Source: Leidyana gryllorum EB-2025a (taxonomy: Eukaryota; Protista; Apicomplexa). From it: DNA of 43,319 nucleotides. The position numbers and the translations under genes are program-made. The notes beneath the pieces are model-generated. The model had not been told where the DNA came from. It ran no database searches and worked only from the letters and a program-made list of their open reading frames with translations. This document shows positions 9,778 through 22,703 of this stretch, one piece after another. The stretch covers positions 1-43,319 of the forward strand of contig JBLWGC010000221.1 of NCBI GenBank assembly GCA_048772705.1, written 5' to 3'. Numbering within the stretch: the first letter of the stretch is position 1; the number at the start of each line of letters is the position of its first letter.

Positions 9778-12770
9778 CTAAGTACGGGCTAATTGAGCTG
9801 GTGAGATCTCCGCCAACAGGTCTTTGAAGGAAGCCGCCCGCAGAGCTCGAGCCATCAAAGCCACGGGCCATTGTGCGTGCGCCAACTTGAGTTGCTGCAC
9901 TCCTCCCGGAATTTGTTCAGTCCTATTGCCCTGAGCGTGCATGTCCCATCTAGACTTGTTCAACAGCAACTTGGTCATCAGTTCGCTCCCAATGCTGCTC
10001 GTGTCATCCAACTCCATGAGCTCCTCAATCAGGGGCTGCAACGCGAACGGTCAGTCAAATGCCGACATCACACCAACCCCGACGACATGGCCACACCCCA
10101 AAGTCGAGCAACACCACTAAACGGACAAGGATGGCTCTCGCCTCACCTGAACTACAAACTGTAGGAATCCACTCTGTGTTTTGGCGTAGGACCGGTGATC
10201 GTGGCGGTCACACAGGGGTGAGAGAGGGAGACCCAACCGTATCTCATCGTCCCCCTGCTGATAGTACTCCTCGCATAACCGTAATGACCATTCCAGGTGC
10301 TGACTCCAATCCAAGCAGGCGTGGCCCAGATCTGCCGCCTTGAAGGCCAATAGCATCACCAATCTGAAAGGCGGTTGGTTTATGCTCTGCTAAACCATCG
10401 GATTCTACTCACTCTCTGTCTTGCGCGTTCCTCACGAGATCGAACTCTGGAGATATTCTCCGTACACGTGACCTCGACAGCATTTCAAAGTGCTTCGACA
10501 TATCGGTCGCCATAATCATTGTCATTATCGTCTTTCGGGCCTGCTGCTTCTCCTCACGACTCAAACACTTGAAGATATTCGTCTCGGGGCTGTCAACAAC
10601 GATCATTTTTCACTTGGGCAGACACACTCGCTTTTTTCTCTCACCACGTAGTAATCACCGTCTGCAGCAGTGCACTATGCGCTGCCTCCAACACTGCATT
10701 ATCATTTTGGAGCATTGCCTGTGAGCGCACGACAGATGGTGGGGTCTGGATGATTGATCACTCACCAGAATGCTGTTGGCATTGATGTAAAAGTTATTGC
10801 TGCGTCCGGGGTGGGCAATGTCGTGGCCGAGGGCAGCGACAATGATAGCGCTCTGCTCGAGTTCCAAAGTGAGGACATCCAAACCGGTGAAGTGCATAAT
10901 GCAGACCACCGCATGGGCGACGTTGGCGGCGTGGATGCCATTGTGGTATGGGTTCTTGGGCCAGTAATGGCGATCGATCATGTGAAGGCATCCCAAAAGA
11001 GTATCAGAATCGACGTCCAGATATTGAATTAGAGGCTGCAACAGAACGGTGCCGACCTCAATGATAATGTTGACCGGATTCTGGCTATGCTGTGGACACG
11101 ATGAGTCAACAAGTCTTCACACACAAGAATCCAACTTACATCGAGGAGTCGGAGATTATAGGTGCGGCCGATATTCCTTTGCATCGATTCTGACATGACT
11201 GGTCTTTTGATCTCAATGCCGTCGACAGTAATGGTCGACCCAATGGTTTCTTTGGCTTTGGGGCTCTCGAGTGTCTCGAGTTCTCCAGCCGCAAATCGTA
11301 CTTGACTGGTCTTGCGAGCACGAGACTCGCGCGTATCCTCCTCTTTGACGGCCAATCCTCCACGTTTGGCTTTGTACATTTCAATGAAAGTCGTCTCAGC
11401 CACACCACCGTCGTCCATGTCCTTCTCGCCCGACCCTTTGCCAGCAGCGCTGAGATCAGCGGCTCCATCGGCTCCACGGGCCAACTTTTTGATGCAGTCG
11501 TCGATGGTGGTGTCAGTCTCGTTGAGGAAGGGCGAGGCGGCCTCCTCCTTTGAGTCCGCCTTGCGGGCAACAACGGCTCCTCGCACTTGTTCCAGCAGGC
11601 CGATGACTTCCTCAGCCGCACTCATTCCCATACGTCGTCGTCGATTCTTCTGGGAGTCACGGACGCGTTTCAGACGGGTCTGACTGTCCCGCACGGTGAT
11701 GAAGACAGCGCGCTCATTCAACTCGCGGAACCAACGGAACAGGAAACCGGTCACATAGAGAACCATACAGACTCCAATGTCGACGATACAGATGGTACGC
11801 ACTTTAGGGTCGTCCACAATGATAATCTGACCGATCTTGGATCCCGAAAACATGAGCAAACACGCGATGTGGAACCAAATGTTATACTTTGTCCTGCGAA
11901 GAGAGAGACCGCGATGTAAAAGAGCGTTGTCGATCACTCACAGGCAGGGAAGAAGGATGTCGACGTGGACGAGCGCGACCAACAGGACGCCCATGTTGAG
12001 GGCGTCCAGACAGATCTTGAGCTCAAGCCAGGCTTTCTGTTGCGCGGGATCCGAGAGATCATTGCTCGACTCGACGTATTCCAGAGTGAAAGTGGTCCAG
12101 ACGTACATACAGAGGCCTCCCTGTGAGTGGTCCACAAAGTTGAGGGGATCGCTCGAAACAAAGCACTCACCAAAGCAGCCAGGACGTAAAAGATGGTCTC
12201 GGCGTAGGGCCGGAACTTCTTGACAAACGCGGTGGACATGATGAAACAGTAAAGGAGAATGATAAAGAAGACCAATCCGTGGAAGCTGCCAATGACAACG
12301 CCGTCGTGAATGTGGATCCATTCTTTGGTGAAGCCGAGTCCATAGGCAATCCAGCAGAAGAGACCCGCGAATAACATAATTCCTGCGCCCACAGGCAGAC
12401 GTAATGGCCATTTGCCCAACTCTGATTCCTGATAGGCCGCCTCAGTCTCCGGGTCGCGGAAGCTCAACGGGAACAGAACTGTGGCCGAGCGTACCGCCAC
12501 CCATGAATTGCCAGCGATCGAGTGCAGCAACATTGTCGGAATGACAGAGGGGTGGACTATCATCTGCAGACACACTCACAAATGGAGAGACCGCGCCTCA
12601 GAGGTACTCACGTGCCAACAACCGACGTCATGATCGAGCTGACTCGCTGATCGACCGATATTCGTCCAAGACTCCGCAGGGCCCGAAACTGTCCTCAGAG
12701 AGGAGGGCTGTTCGGCCTGGGATCGCTTAGAGTGCTTCCTTCCTTTACTCCGCACATCGTTAGTGCTCAT
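9778..12770 (-). CDS. Class I cyclic-nucleotide phosphodiesterase with N-terminal TM helices (copy 1, multi-intron)
   Basis: NPYHNGIHAANVAH, ALGHDIAHPGRSNNF, ATDMSKHF, KAADLGH, EEYYQQGD, TQSGFLQFVV; hydrophobic N-terminal exons. Confidence 0.9.
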
Positions 12771-12791
12771 GGTGCACACCACATGCTCTCC

Positions 12792-15700
12792 TCAAGTTCG
12801 AGCTATCTGGGCTGCGGAAGCCTCAGCCACCAGCTCACTGAACTGTGCGGACTTTAGCACTCGAAGCATATGGAATTCTATCCATCCCCGAGGTGCTATG
12901 CGTTTCTGCGCCGTGGCAACAGGTATAGACTCGCTCCGTCGGACTTGACTCATCGTCTCCCACTTGGTGTGGTTAGCCAGCAACTTGGCCACAATGTCCA
13001 CCCTGCACAGAATAATCGCGGAGTAACCATCGTTCAATAGGACACAACAGCACTCACGCTATAATATTCGAGGCGTCCAACTCGGTGATCTCATCTAACA
13101 GCGGGATCACCACAAACTGTAGAAAACCGACTTGCGTCTTGCTAAAGTTGTGCTGGTCCTCTCGATCACATAAAGGACTGACGGGCAACCCGAGAGATTT
13201 CTCTTCATCTCCCTAAAGTATTAATTCACTCGTCACCCACCAGGTGCACAGAAAAATAGATCACCTGTTGGTAGTACTCCTCGCGTAACCTGTTTGACCA
13301 TTCCAGATGGTGACGCCACTCCAAACACGCGTGACCCATATCCGCCCCTTTGAAACACAAAAGGATTGCCAATCTGGTCACAAACGGCACCAAATCAGTC
13401 CACAAACAAGATCAAAACTCACTGTCGATCTGCCTCCTTGTGCACCAGATCAAAATCTGGAGACATCCGTCGAACACGAGCCTTTGAGAGCATCTCGAAA
13501 TGCTTCGACATGTCAGTTGCCAGAATGTAGACAATCAACTGCTTTCGGAAGTCTCGCACCTCCTCTTGACTCAGTTGAGACAGGATATTGGTCTCAGGTC
13601 TGAAAAGTGTAGCATATCTTCAATTCGTTGGAGACGTGCGTCGTCACCGCACACGTGTGCAGGGGCGCGCGCGTAATGGAATGAAATGCACTCACGATGC
13701 TTGCAGGATTCCTTGAATGATGAAGCAGTGTGCCGCCTCCAAGACCGCCAAATCGTTCTGAAGCATTGCGAGAATCCCATTAGCATTGATGAAATAGTTG
13801 TTGGTGCGTCCAGGGTGAGCGACGTCATGTCCCAAGGCTGCGACGATAATAGCTATGCGTTCAATGTCGAGACAGATGTTCCACAAGTCGAGGGTGCGAA
13901 GGAAGGTCACTGCCATATGTGCCACGTTGGCACCATGAGCTGCCATGTGATAGGGGTTCCGAGGCCAATAATATTTCTCAAGCGTGTATAAGAAGGCTAT
14001 TATAGTCTCGTCGTTGTTCTCGAGCTCCAAGTAAGCGCGGCAAGGCAGCATCAAAGCATAGCCGACCTCCAACAATATATTGTCGGTCCTCTTGACGATG
14101 TCCAGTATGGGATAGTGGAAGTCAAACCCAACAATTGCTTCGAGTTCGTCAGTCTGCGTTTCGGTAATATGGCGGTGGCAGCCGAGGATTGCTCTGAACT
14201 TACCAAATGTGCCCCGGGAAGTGAGACTCCGTCGATCAGAAACTTTGTGCTTCGCGCACGGCTCGGCATATGTCCGATGGGATGACCTTCAGCATCATAG
14301 ATCTGATGCTCGTGGGAGTCACCACCTGCACCGTAGACGACGCTGGTGCCAAAGCGCACATTGCTCTGTTTCCGACGGTTATGTCTGAGATCTTCGGCTT
14401 TGTGGGCGACCATTCCCGGTTTCCGATACATTTCGATAAACATATCCTCGGTGGCGGTGTCCTCGGCGGCCTGGCCCGTGACGGGGGCGGCGGCGTCTGC
14501 GGTTTTCTCGATGGCGTCATCCTGGGCGCCTCGAGCTAATTTGCGGATGCATTCAAGCAGAGTGGTTTCTGTATCATCCAGCAGGGGCGTGGGTCCCAGG
14601 GACCGAGCGGCGTCTCTCTTGCTGACGACATTGACGCGGACAGTGTCGAGGAGTTCGATGAGTTCCTCTGCAGCGCTGCAGGTGGTCCGTCTGCGACGGC
14701 TCGCCTGAGCGTTGCGGACAGCGTGGACGCGGGCCTGAGAGTCTTTGACGCGTAGGACCACCGATCGATCTTGCAGCTCTCGGAACCATCGGAAGATGAA
14801 GGCTGTGAGGTGGATGACGGCCGTTTGGACAATATCGATGTTGCTGCAATGAGAATGAAGAGCCAATGAGTATCAGTGAGGGACGAAGGGAGGGAGGGAC
14901 GAAGGGAGGGAGAAACAGAGGGAGCATTGATCACAGAAAAGGTCGGAAGAAACAGAGCATTGATCACAGAAAAGGTCTCCGAAAAGGTCTCAGGAAGACT
15001 TACTTCATTGGAGTGAGTTCGGCCAGAGGAAAGGCTAAGGTCTGCATAACTCGGGTGGCCATGTATAGAATCCAAGCCATGATGTGCCAATATATACTTC
15101 TTTTGGTCCTATGGGAGAGGGTAATAAGAAGGAGGCGAGCAAAGGAGCGGACTTACATTGTGGGGAGGTAAATGTCGCATTGGACCAGAAAGATGGCCAT
15201 GACACCGTTGACCAACGCGTCCGCTAATAAACGGAGCTCCAACCAATACTTATAGTTGAGAGCGTTGATTCCGTCCATTGGAGTGATCTCTCCGGCGTAC
15301 CATAAGGCCCAATAGCACCAAAAGTAGAGGGCGCACATATACTGAAATGATCGGAGATAGAGGGAGAGAGAGAGAGAGTGATTCTCACAAAAATGCTCGT
15401 CAAGAGGAATATGACTTCGAGGTACTGCTGGGAGTGTTTGAGCCACGGCGTGAGGCTCTGATAGATTATCAATAGCGTCAGAACAGCGCAGATTGGATGG
15501 AAAGCATTGGTGATTAACTCGTAGTGCAGACTTATCCACCCGAATGTGCATCCCAAACCGTACAATATCCACACCACCAATGTGGCGAAGAACATTAATC
15601 CGGACGCGATGGGCGCCTGGGATCTGAATGAATCGTTGACCTTTTGCTGATACTCGAACTCTTCATCGGGGTCACGAAACTGAAGTGGAAAGAGGAGTAT

Positions 15701-15973
15701 TCCTCGACGTAAAATCATCCATTGGGCCCCAGCAACTGTTCTCATCAACACTTCGGGGATCAGAGAGGGGTGACATAGAGCTGATCGCACTGTTGGGCCA
15801 TTCTCGCCACCCCCCTCATCAGAGACGGCGTGGTGAACACTCGCTTGGGACCGGTGCCCGAACCCTCCGTCCGTCGTTCGCCGTGAAGTAGACCTTCGAG
15901 ACACCGAGGACGTCACGGGGGCACCGCCCGCCTCAGATAAGGCTGTGAACTTCCGTCGCGATCGCGACTCCAT
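12792..15973 (-). CDS. Class I cyclic-nucleotide phosphodiesterase with N-terminal TM helices (copy 2, multi-intron)
   Basis: NPYHMAAHGANVAH, ALGHDVAHPGRTNNY, ATDMSKHF, EEYYQQ, TQVGFLQFVV; shares LFPLxFRDP, FRWFREL and SAAEE blocks with copy 1. Confidence 0.9.
14880..14995. repeat. Short direct repeats inside a PDE2 intron
   Basis: gagcattgatcacagaaaaggtc x2; gggacgaagggaggga x2; gaaaaggtctc x2. Confidence 0.7.
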
Positions 15974-15995
15974 TTTTCAGGTGTGTGGGTGCACT

Positions 15996-17345
15996 ATGGA
16001 ATTGGGTGTGGTAACTGACCTGCCCAGCACCGCCCTGGCCTGCACGAGAGCGGGAGCCAACATTGTTATACTCTGTGGACATCTCAAAAGCGCCGCTGGG
16101 GGCGTTACACCCACCCTCGGCCTCGTACAGACCTGTGCCAAACTCATACCCACCCACACCTCGGTGGTACAGTCCCAACCCTCCTCACTCGCCCGGGAAC
16201 ACCCTAATCTTCACCCCTCTCGAGCCCAATCGCTAATCGACAACAATCAAACTGCCACCAAGCCGAACCCACTGGACAATGCTTCCGCCCAGGACCCCTG
16301 TGCGCTTCTTGATCTGAATATTGCACCCGACGCGCGGCAGGAGGCCCTTATTAATCTTGGAGATCGCACAGCGTCCACTATTGAGCACAGTGCCGTCCAG
16401 ACAGTGCGCCGAGCGCAACAAAACGTCGCGCACAAAGACGACGACGAGGAAGAGGGCGGCCGGAACACTGCACTCGGCGGCCGGAACACTGCACTCGGCG
16501 GCCGGGACAATGCACTCGGCGGCCCAGTGTGTCAGAGTGAAGGTAAAATTGATGGGGTCGACAGTCAGGATCCCGACAGAGAGCCGCGACCATTGCGGGA
16601 TGAGACTGAGGGGTGCGATGTTGTTCTGACAGAGGGTGTGAAGGACTGCGAGAATGATACGGCGATGAAAAGGGGAGCAGAGGGCGTGCCGTCGAGGCGA
16701 GTGTATGCATTGGTTCGACCGGTTGTCGGATGTTTCGAGTACGACGAGGACGCGCAGAACATATTGCTGGCTGATGTGAAGGCTCTGGCTGGAGTGGCGG
16801 GGCTGAGTGGTATAATGGTGGCGTGTGAACGCGGGGAGGGCGAGCTGGATGGAGAATTGGCGGCAAAGATAGTGCGGTGTGCTGATGGTTTGGAGGTATG
16901 GTACCACCGTGGGAGTGTTTTGTTGAAGCCGGGGTTCGAGGCTGAGCTGAAGAACGTCGGATTCCATGGTGTGGTGCACGGTTTGCTGGGGGACACGGTG
17001 GAAGTAATGGTCGAGGGTGCCGTGGACGCTTTGAGTCGACTGGAAGGCGTGGGTCTGAGTGGGATGTTATGTGGGAGTGTACCGAGTAGTCACGTTGGTT
17101 ACGTTGGGAAGCGGTTGGATGGTTTTGTGGAGCGACGAGTGTTGCGCGGTTGGTGTGTGACGGTCGCCGAGGCCGACGGCTGGTACGGAGCTCTGCTCCC
17201 CTGGCGGCATTGGGAAGTGAGCTCGTCAGTATGGCCGGGGTCGAGTAGTCCTGCGGCTCGAGGTAGCGGTCCAGAAACTGTTAAGAGAATGATCGAAGCA
17301 CTCCCAGCAGCGTGTGGGGGCAGCCGGAGTACTTCGGCGGAGTAG
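15996..17345 (+). CDS. CutC-like copper homeostasis TIM-barrel protein with long insertion
   Basis: AGANIVILC...GGVTPTLGL and VYALVRP..GCFEY...ILLADV...GLEVWYHR resemble CutC GADRIELC/GGLTPS, MIRPR.GDF.Y and VTFHR. Confidence 0.7.
   Translation: MELGVVTDLPSTALACTRAGANIVILCGHLKSAAGGVTPTLGLVQTCAKLIPTHTSVVQSQPSSLAREHPNLHPSRAQSLIDNNQTATKPNPLDNASAQDPCALLDLNIAPDARQEALINLGDRTASTIEHSAVQTVRRAQQNVAHKDDDEEEGGRNTALGGRNTALGGRDNALGGPVCQSEGKIDGVDSQDPDREPRPLRDETEGCDVVLTEGVKDCENDTAMKRGAEGVPSRRVYALVRPVVGCFEYDEDAQNILLADVKALAGVAGLSGIMVACERGEGELDGELAAKIVRCADGLEVWYHRGSVLLKPGFEAELKNVGFHGVVHGLLGDTVEVMVEGAVDALSRLEGVGLSGMLCGSVPSSHVGYVGKRLDGFVERRVLRGWCVTVAEADGWYGALLPWRHWEVSSSVWPGSSSPAARGSGPETVKRMIEALPAACGGSRSTSAE
16455..16523 (+). 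repeat. 21-bp coding tandem repeat x3 (GGRNTAL)
   Basis: ggcggccggaacactgcactc twice plus one variant copy. Confidence 0.9.
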
Positions 17346-17364
17346 TGTTCATTTTTTTGATAGA

Positions 17365-18768
17365 ATGAAGACGATCAGTCAAGACCTTTTCGAGAAGGCC
17401 GATGACTTTGTGGTACTCAGATATAGTGCTGAGCACTTAAGTGAACGCGATTTACTCGGTGAAAAAGTCCAGACTGTACTACCAGATGGCGTTGTGTGCT
17501 ACTGCCATTTGGTCAACCGGCGACAGAATCGGATGCAGTTATTGTTGTGCAAGGCGATGAGGCGAATGACTCTTGAAGTTGGAACTTCGAGCGACTTGGA
17601 CGAACTGCGCCAGGCTATTGCCGCTTTCTTTACCCCTCGATCTGAAGTACAAGTTCTTGAAGCAGATGAGACCGGATACATTGGCACTGCTACGCTACAC
17701 TCGCTCCCCGGCGAAGTGAGTCAGTCCACACCTCCCCCACAAACAAAAATCACACGCAGATTACACGACCCGAACCGGTTCTCCTGCTGCTATCCATGCC
17801 AGGGTGTCCTTTATGTACTTTGTGCCGACCACTAATCCGTAGTCTGGCTAAACATGTCCGCATACGCGGCTTTGACGTCATTGCCAACGACTTTCCACGG
17901 GACGGCTCTTTACCCGTACGTCGTGTCCTGCCGGCCTTATGTGTGAAGCCTCCCAATAACAAGTGAGCACCTCTCTCTCACAAACTATCACCCAACTAAC
18001 CCATATCAAAGACATTTTACCCTCATTGACACAGAAGATCCCGCCGAATGGCTGAGAAATCACAATGTCCGCCAGGTAATCCTTCACTTTTGCCCCCATC
18101 CAACAGCTTCTCCCCACACACACACAACACACGCCGTGTCTCCGTCTCCGTTTCGGTCTCGCCGTTGGCACTGTATTATTTGGCGGGCTGATCTGTTGAT
18201 TTGTGGGTTGGAGGTTGATAACATTGTGCCTCTTTGTGTGTGTGTTGGTGCATTGTGTTCCGTGTAGTTGCGCGCATCTGGTTTCAATTTGGCCGAATGT
18301 GTACAGATGTTGGGCGAGAGTGTCAGTAAGGAGTTATTGAAGCAGTGGCGTAAATATTGGAGCGTGTGGGAGAGTTATTTGGACGCGTGAGTGTTTGTGT
18401 GTTGAATGAAGTGTGGTTTGTTGTGTCAATTTGATGGTGTTCTCTTTGTGTGTGCAGTCGATTGTCCTTCCACGCGCTATCTGTATACGAGCGAGAGGTT
18501 GATGAAACATGGTGTTGGGGTCCTGTGTCGGACCAAAGCTACGACAAAGCGACTTTAGAGGAGGTGATCTTATTTGAGTTTCCACGTGAATGTAATGATT
18601 CAGGCTCAACGAACGAAGCCGGAGTCCATGCCTCAGGCAGCAGAACGGCTCCAGCGATCACGAGATGAACTGCTGACTGACTGTGCTTATTTGAGAGGAA
18701 GATTCTCACTGCCCCCGCGAGCAGCTACTCTGTCCTCGGAGACCACGACTCAAGACCAAAGTGAATGA
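17365..18768 (+). CDS. Thioredoxin-like (CxxC) domain protein; 3' exons uncertain
   Basis: Removing intron 17716-17759 gives VLLLLSMPGCPLCTLCRPLIRSLAKHVRIRGFDVIANDFP (CxxC plus PDI-like DxxAND). Confidence 0.5.
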
Positions 18769-18849
18769 GCGAAATAAGTATATATAAAGCCGAAGCCAAC
18801 ATTTCGCCGCGGGAAAATGAAAGAGCGACTGACCGGCTGGCGGCCAGGG

Positions 18850-19050
18850 AGTCGGTCGATCGGTCGGTCACTCAGTCAGTCAGTCAGCCAGCAAGGCAGC
18901 CAACGACGACGACGCGATAAGGAAGCGAGCTGGCGATCGATCGACTGACTGATTGATTGAGCGGGCGGGCGAGCGTCCGTCCGAGCAATCGAATCGAACG
19001 ACCGAACAATCGAATCGAATCGAATCGAATGAACATCGAACGAATAAACG
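18850..19050. repeat. Low-complexity tetra/pentanucleotide tract (CAGT, CGAT, GATT, GAATC)
   Basis: Visible simple repeats between convergent genes. Confidence 0.8.
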
Positions 19051-19150
19051 AAAGTACAACAAACGTGTCAGTGGGTGGGTGTAAATCAGCCAGTCAGCAA
19101 GTGTGTGTTTGGCGCGAGGGAGGCGGCGAAGGCGAGGACGACGATGATGA

Positions 19151-20893
19151 CTAGCCTGTTCTAGCTTGCGACACGGAGCGGCTGATGATCGACAAAGTTG
19201 AGGCGTCCATTGAATAGATCTTTTTCAGAGCCGCGAGCTCGTCCGGTCCCATTTCGACTCTCCTTCCTGACCTCCACATTGTGGCCGTAGCAGCGGGGTG
19301 ATGAACCTGTGATTGCATTAGGAACGGATTGTTTACGGGTGGGACGATTCGAATTTGAGGTGGGGAGGCTCTCAGGGGAGTCCCGCTGCCCGTCGATTGA
19401 TGTGCGGCGGCCATTGTCGCTCTCGAGAACACACGCGAATTGACGTCCATTGATGGATCGAATACGCGTTGCAGTCGCAACTCGCTGAGTTTCTCCAAAC
19501 GAGCTGTGAACTTTGGGTCCCGAGGAGCCATTCGCACACCTTTACGCAAACGCCGACGCTCTTCGTCAATCTGTTCACTCAAACCAACACTTTGGAAACC
19601 CTCAACCTTCGCCTGTAACTTTGCCAAATACTCATTTCGATTCGCTGCCGTTACAGACGGAGCCGCAGTCGGCGAACACACTGCAGCAGTGTTATTCGAA
19701 CCTCCTCCCATCGGCGACATTCCGCCCCCGGATACCCATCCCGCCGGTTCAGGCACTACTGACCCACGATTCACATTCATAGGCGAGAGAACCGTCATTG
19801 GCCGGCTCGGGCCTACGTGTGTGGGAGACGACGCACCGACGTAGGAGGGCGTAGCCCCGGTCGGAGACGGGGCGTACATTACTGTAGGTACGCTGTACAT
19901 CGAAGCAGACGGGGGCAGTCGTTGCAGAGAAGGTGCTCCCGAGAAGCTCAGAAGCTGCTGCTCCTCGACCAGTATTGGGGACGAGGGAGAATGCGATGAC
20001 GTCGCCATGCGGGCCATCGGCCGATGTATGGGACTGCTTATGGTGGCGGTAGTCAGCCCGCTGGTGCGCTGGGAAGGAGACGGAGACGCCGAAATGGGGG
20101 AGACTTCGCGGAAAGTGACTCCACGCAGCCTTTCAGGCGCAACTGGAGAAGTGCGATAAGCGCTCGCGGCCGCAGAAGGGGAGATCGTTCGTCGCGTTGG
20201 TGAGTTACTGTGCCAATGTAATGGAGAATTGCGTTGTTGAGTAGCAGTGGTGTTGGTGGTGACATTGGTCGACGGCTGCGAGACAGTATTGGTGGGCTGA
20301 GCCGCATTATTGATAATATTATTGGTCGCATCGGCTGTAAGGGGGGACGACGAGTAGATTGTCGGGCGGCCAGCATTATTAAGATTAGTTGTTGTTAGGG
20401 GGGCGGGGAGTGTAATTGTGCGGGTCGGAGACGCCGGCGTAGGGGCAAAGGGAGAGGTTCTTGGCGGTGCCATTGAGGCTCTTGATACCATTATCGGGGA
20501 AGATCGGGACAAACTTGGGGAGAAAGTTGACCTTGAAACCGCGGGCATAGTCGACATGCTCGGAGTACCACCGCCGCCCCCTGAAAAGCGGACATGCGGC
20601 GTCTCGCTGCTAATAAGTCGAGGCGCGATACTCGGGGCCGATGTGGGGGTCGACTGGAGTCTCGGCATTGGATCGGGGGTTGCCAACGGACTGCTCAGTA
20701 GTCTTCGTACTTGGGGCAGTGCATATGACGCTTGCTGAGGCAAACGGCGCACCGCGGGGCTCTGAGACCCAAATTGCTGCTGACGGGGAGATACCAATTC
20801 ATCGTTCTCGGGCACCGTCGACAAACGAGGCGGTAACGGAACCAACAGCGTACCGGCTGCCAAGTCCCTTACATCACCAGCTCGGGCCAGCAT
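19151..20893 (-). CDS. Ser/Pro/Thr-rich, probably disordered protein with a short helical C-terminal region
   Basis: Long ORF; first ATG at 20893; many SP/TP dipeptides. Confidence 0.7.
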   Translation of the reverse strand: MLARAGDVRDLAAGTLLVPLPPRLSTVPENDELVSPRQQQFGSQSPAVRRLPQQASYALPQVRRLLSSPLATPDPMPRLQSTPTSAPSIAPRLISSETPHVRFSGGGGGTPSMSTMPAVSRSTFSPSLSRSSPIMVSRASMAPPRTSPFAPTPASPTRTITLPAPLTTTNLNNAGRPTIYSSSPLTADATNNIINNAAQPTNTVSQPSTNVTTNTTATQQRNSPLHWHSNSPTRRTISPSAAASAYRTSPVAPERLRGVTFREVSPISASPSPSQRTSGLTTATISSPIHRPMARMATSSHSPSSPILVEEQQLLSFSGAPSLQRLPPSASMYSVPTVMYAPSPTGATPSYVGASSPTHVGPSRPMTVLSPMNVNRGSVVPEPAGWVSGGGMSPMGGGSNNTAAVCSPTAAPSVTAANRNEYLAKLQAKVEGFQSVGLSEQIDEERRRLRKGVRMAPRDPKFTARLEKLSELRLQRVFDPSMDVNSRVFSRATMAAAHQSTGSGTPLRASPPQIRIVPPVNNPFLMQSQVHHPAATATMWRSGRRVEMGPDELAALKKIYSMDASTLSIISRSVSQARTG

Positions 20894-20921
20894 CAGTGTG
20901 CATACAAGGTGCAACGTCCAA

Positions 20922-22681
20922 ATGGAGCGGCTCCCTAAAACCTTTTTACAAACCCCCACCGACAGTGAGTAGAGCTGCAAATCTCACCACAAACCCTCCA
21001 GTCTACGTCAAGAACTACACCTCTGTATTTCCAATCGATCAGGAATGTGTACAATTTGTGCTCTTAATCGATGCCATCCGATCTCCCTTTCCCGCCGCCA
21101 CATCAGACGAGGATCAAACACTCAGAGGCTTTCTTGGCAACTCATTCTCCTTTGATCTCACAGCCAAAAACGATGCCATCATAGGCTCCTGTAAGTCTCG
21201 CCCTCCAACGACCCATTCACCCAATTGCCGCCCCCACTCAGTTTCTCCCCGCCACTTCACCGAGTCAGAGACAGTGCGCTTCGAGCTCCACGCCAAAGGC
21301 CGCTCCGCACCCTTCTCCTTCCGAATGATGCGGGGAGAGTCCCTGATCGGCCCCGCCGTCACCTCGCTGCCCATCAACTTTTTCGCCTCCATCGGCCCCG
21401 CCGCCGCCGATACTCAGAGGACAGTGGCCACCGAGACCGGCTCGGCTCTCCGCAACTCGCCCTGCACGGCCGCGCTCCAAAGAAAGTGTGGGGTCCGCGG
21501 GTGCGCCCCGCGCGAGATCGAGGCACTCGCCGCCTGGTCCCTCGTCCGCATGATGCAGTGCCGCGAAGCTCCCACCCAAGAGGGCATGAAACACCGCCCC
21601 TACTTTGTCAACTCCACTGGAAACCGCTTACGGGACGCTGAACACGAACCAATAGTCCTCCCACCCGGCATCTCAGAGCTGGCGGCTAAACACCCCCAGT
21701 CCTATGCCGACGTCAAAGCCGATTTAGACAGAGTCCGCAAAAAGGCTCATGGCATCCCACTCAATGACAAATTCAGCAGCGCCTACAGCTTCACAACCAG
21801 CGAAACACCCAAGAACGATGGTACGAACTCTCACACAATCCCGCCCACACACACACACACACATTATCTGCAGCATTGGGCGGTATCTTGGACCAGACGC
21901 GCGGGGTTATTCCTCCGGCTTTGAAGGCAGCTTTGTTTATGACATGTCAGAGTGCGGGGAGGCGAGTGATAGAAAAGTACCATCGTCAGGTTCTCAAATT
22001 GGAACCATTTGACACAGTATCGGCCAACTTCTTCTGCAAAAACCGACCTGACGACCTCTACTACACTATCCTCAGTCTTGAGCTGCGGGAAGACCCATTA
22101 GCTCCAGCAGATACTCCCTCGCGTGGACGGTTGGTGGCAGCCTTAGACCGATTCGAAGTGGAAGAGAGACGCGTATCCGATCTCCGAAGGTGGCAACCGG
22201 TAGACAGTTGGCCCCCTCGCAAGAATAGGACGGCCGCTCTGTTCGACTTCACCAGAGGATACAACAAGTGAGATTTCTCAGTGTGTGTGTGAGGGGTGTG
22301 TGTTGACTCGAATTGTTTCTTCAATTGACAGAGTACCGTTTGCGACGGCTTTACGCCCTCAAACAAACATCGCCTGCACCCCAGCTGACGATGGAATTGG
22401 CATTGCAGAGTCTGTGTTTGTGCACATCGAGACGTGGCCGCAGCAGCTTAGATCGGAGTTGTTTGAGTGAGTGAGAGAGAGAGAGACTGAGAGAAGACGT
22501 AATATTGATTGAATTTATACGTTACTGCAGGCGTACGGACGAATTATACAGTGTCAGTTTCATTGTGGGTTCAGTGGACTTCCACGGAGTGGCTGGAGTC
22601 TCAAAGCCGTTATTGGACTTTCTGTTCACAGATTGGCTGCCGAACGTCCCAGAGGCCAAGAAGGCGAATGTTGGGGTTTAG
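20922..22681 (+). CDS. Spliced protein of unknown function
   Basis: ATG 20922; gtgagt...ccag intron joins ORF 20641-21924; further exons to TAG 22679-22681 with GT-AG boundaries. Confidence 0.6.
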
Positions 22682-22703
22682 GAGCGCAGATTAGCGGCGG
22701 CGG

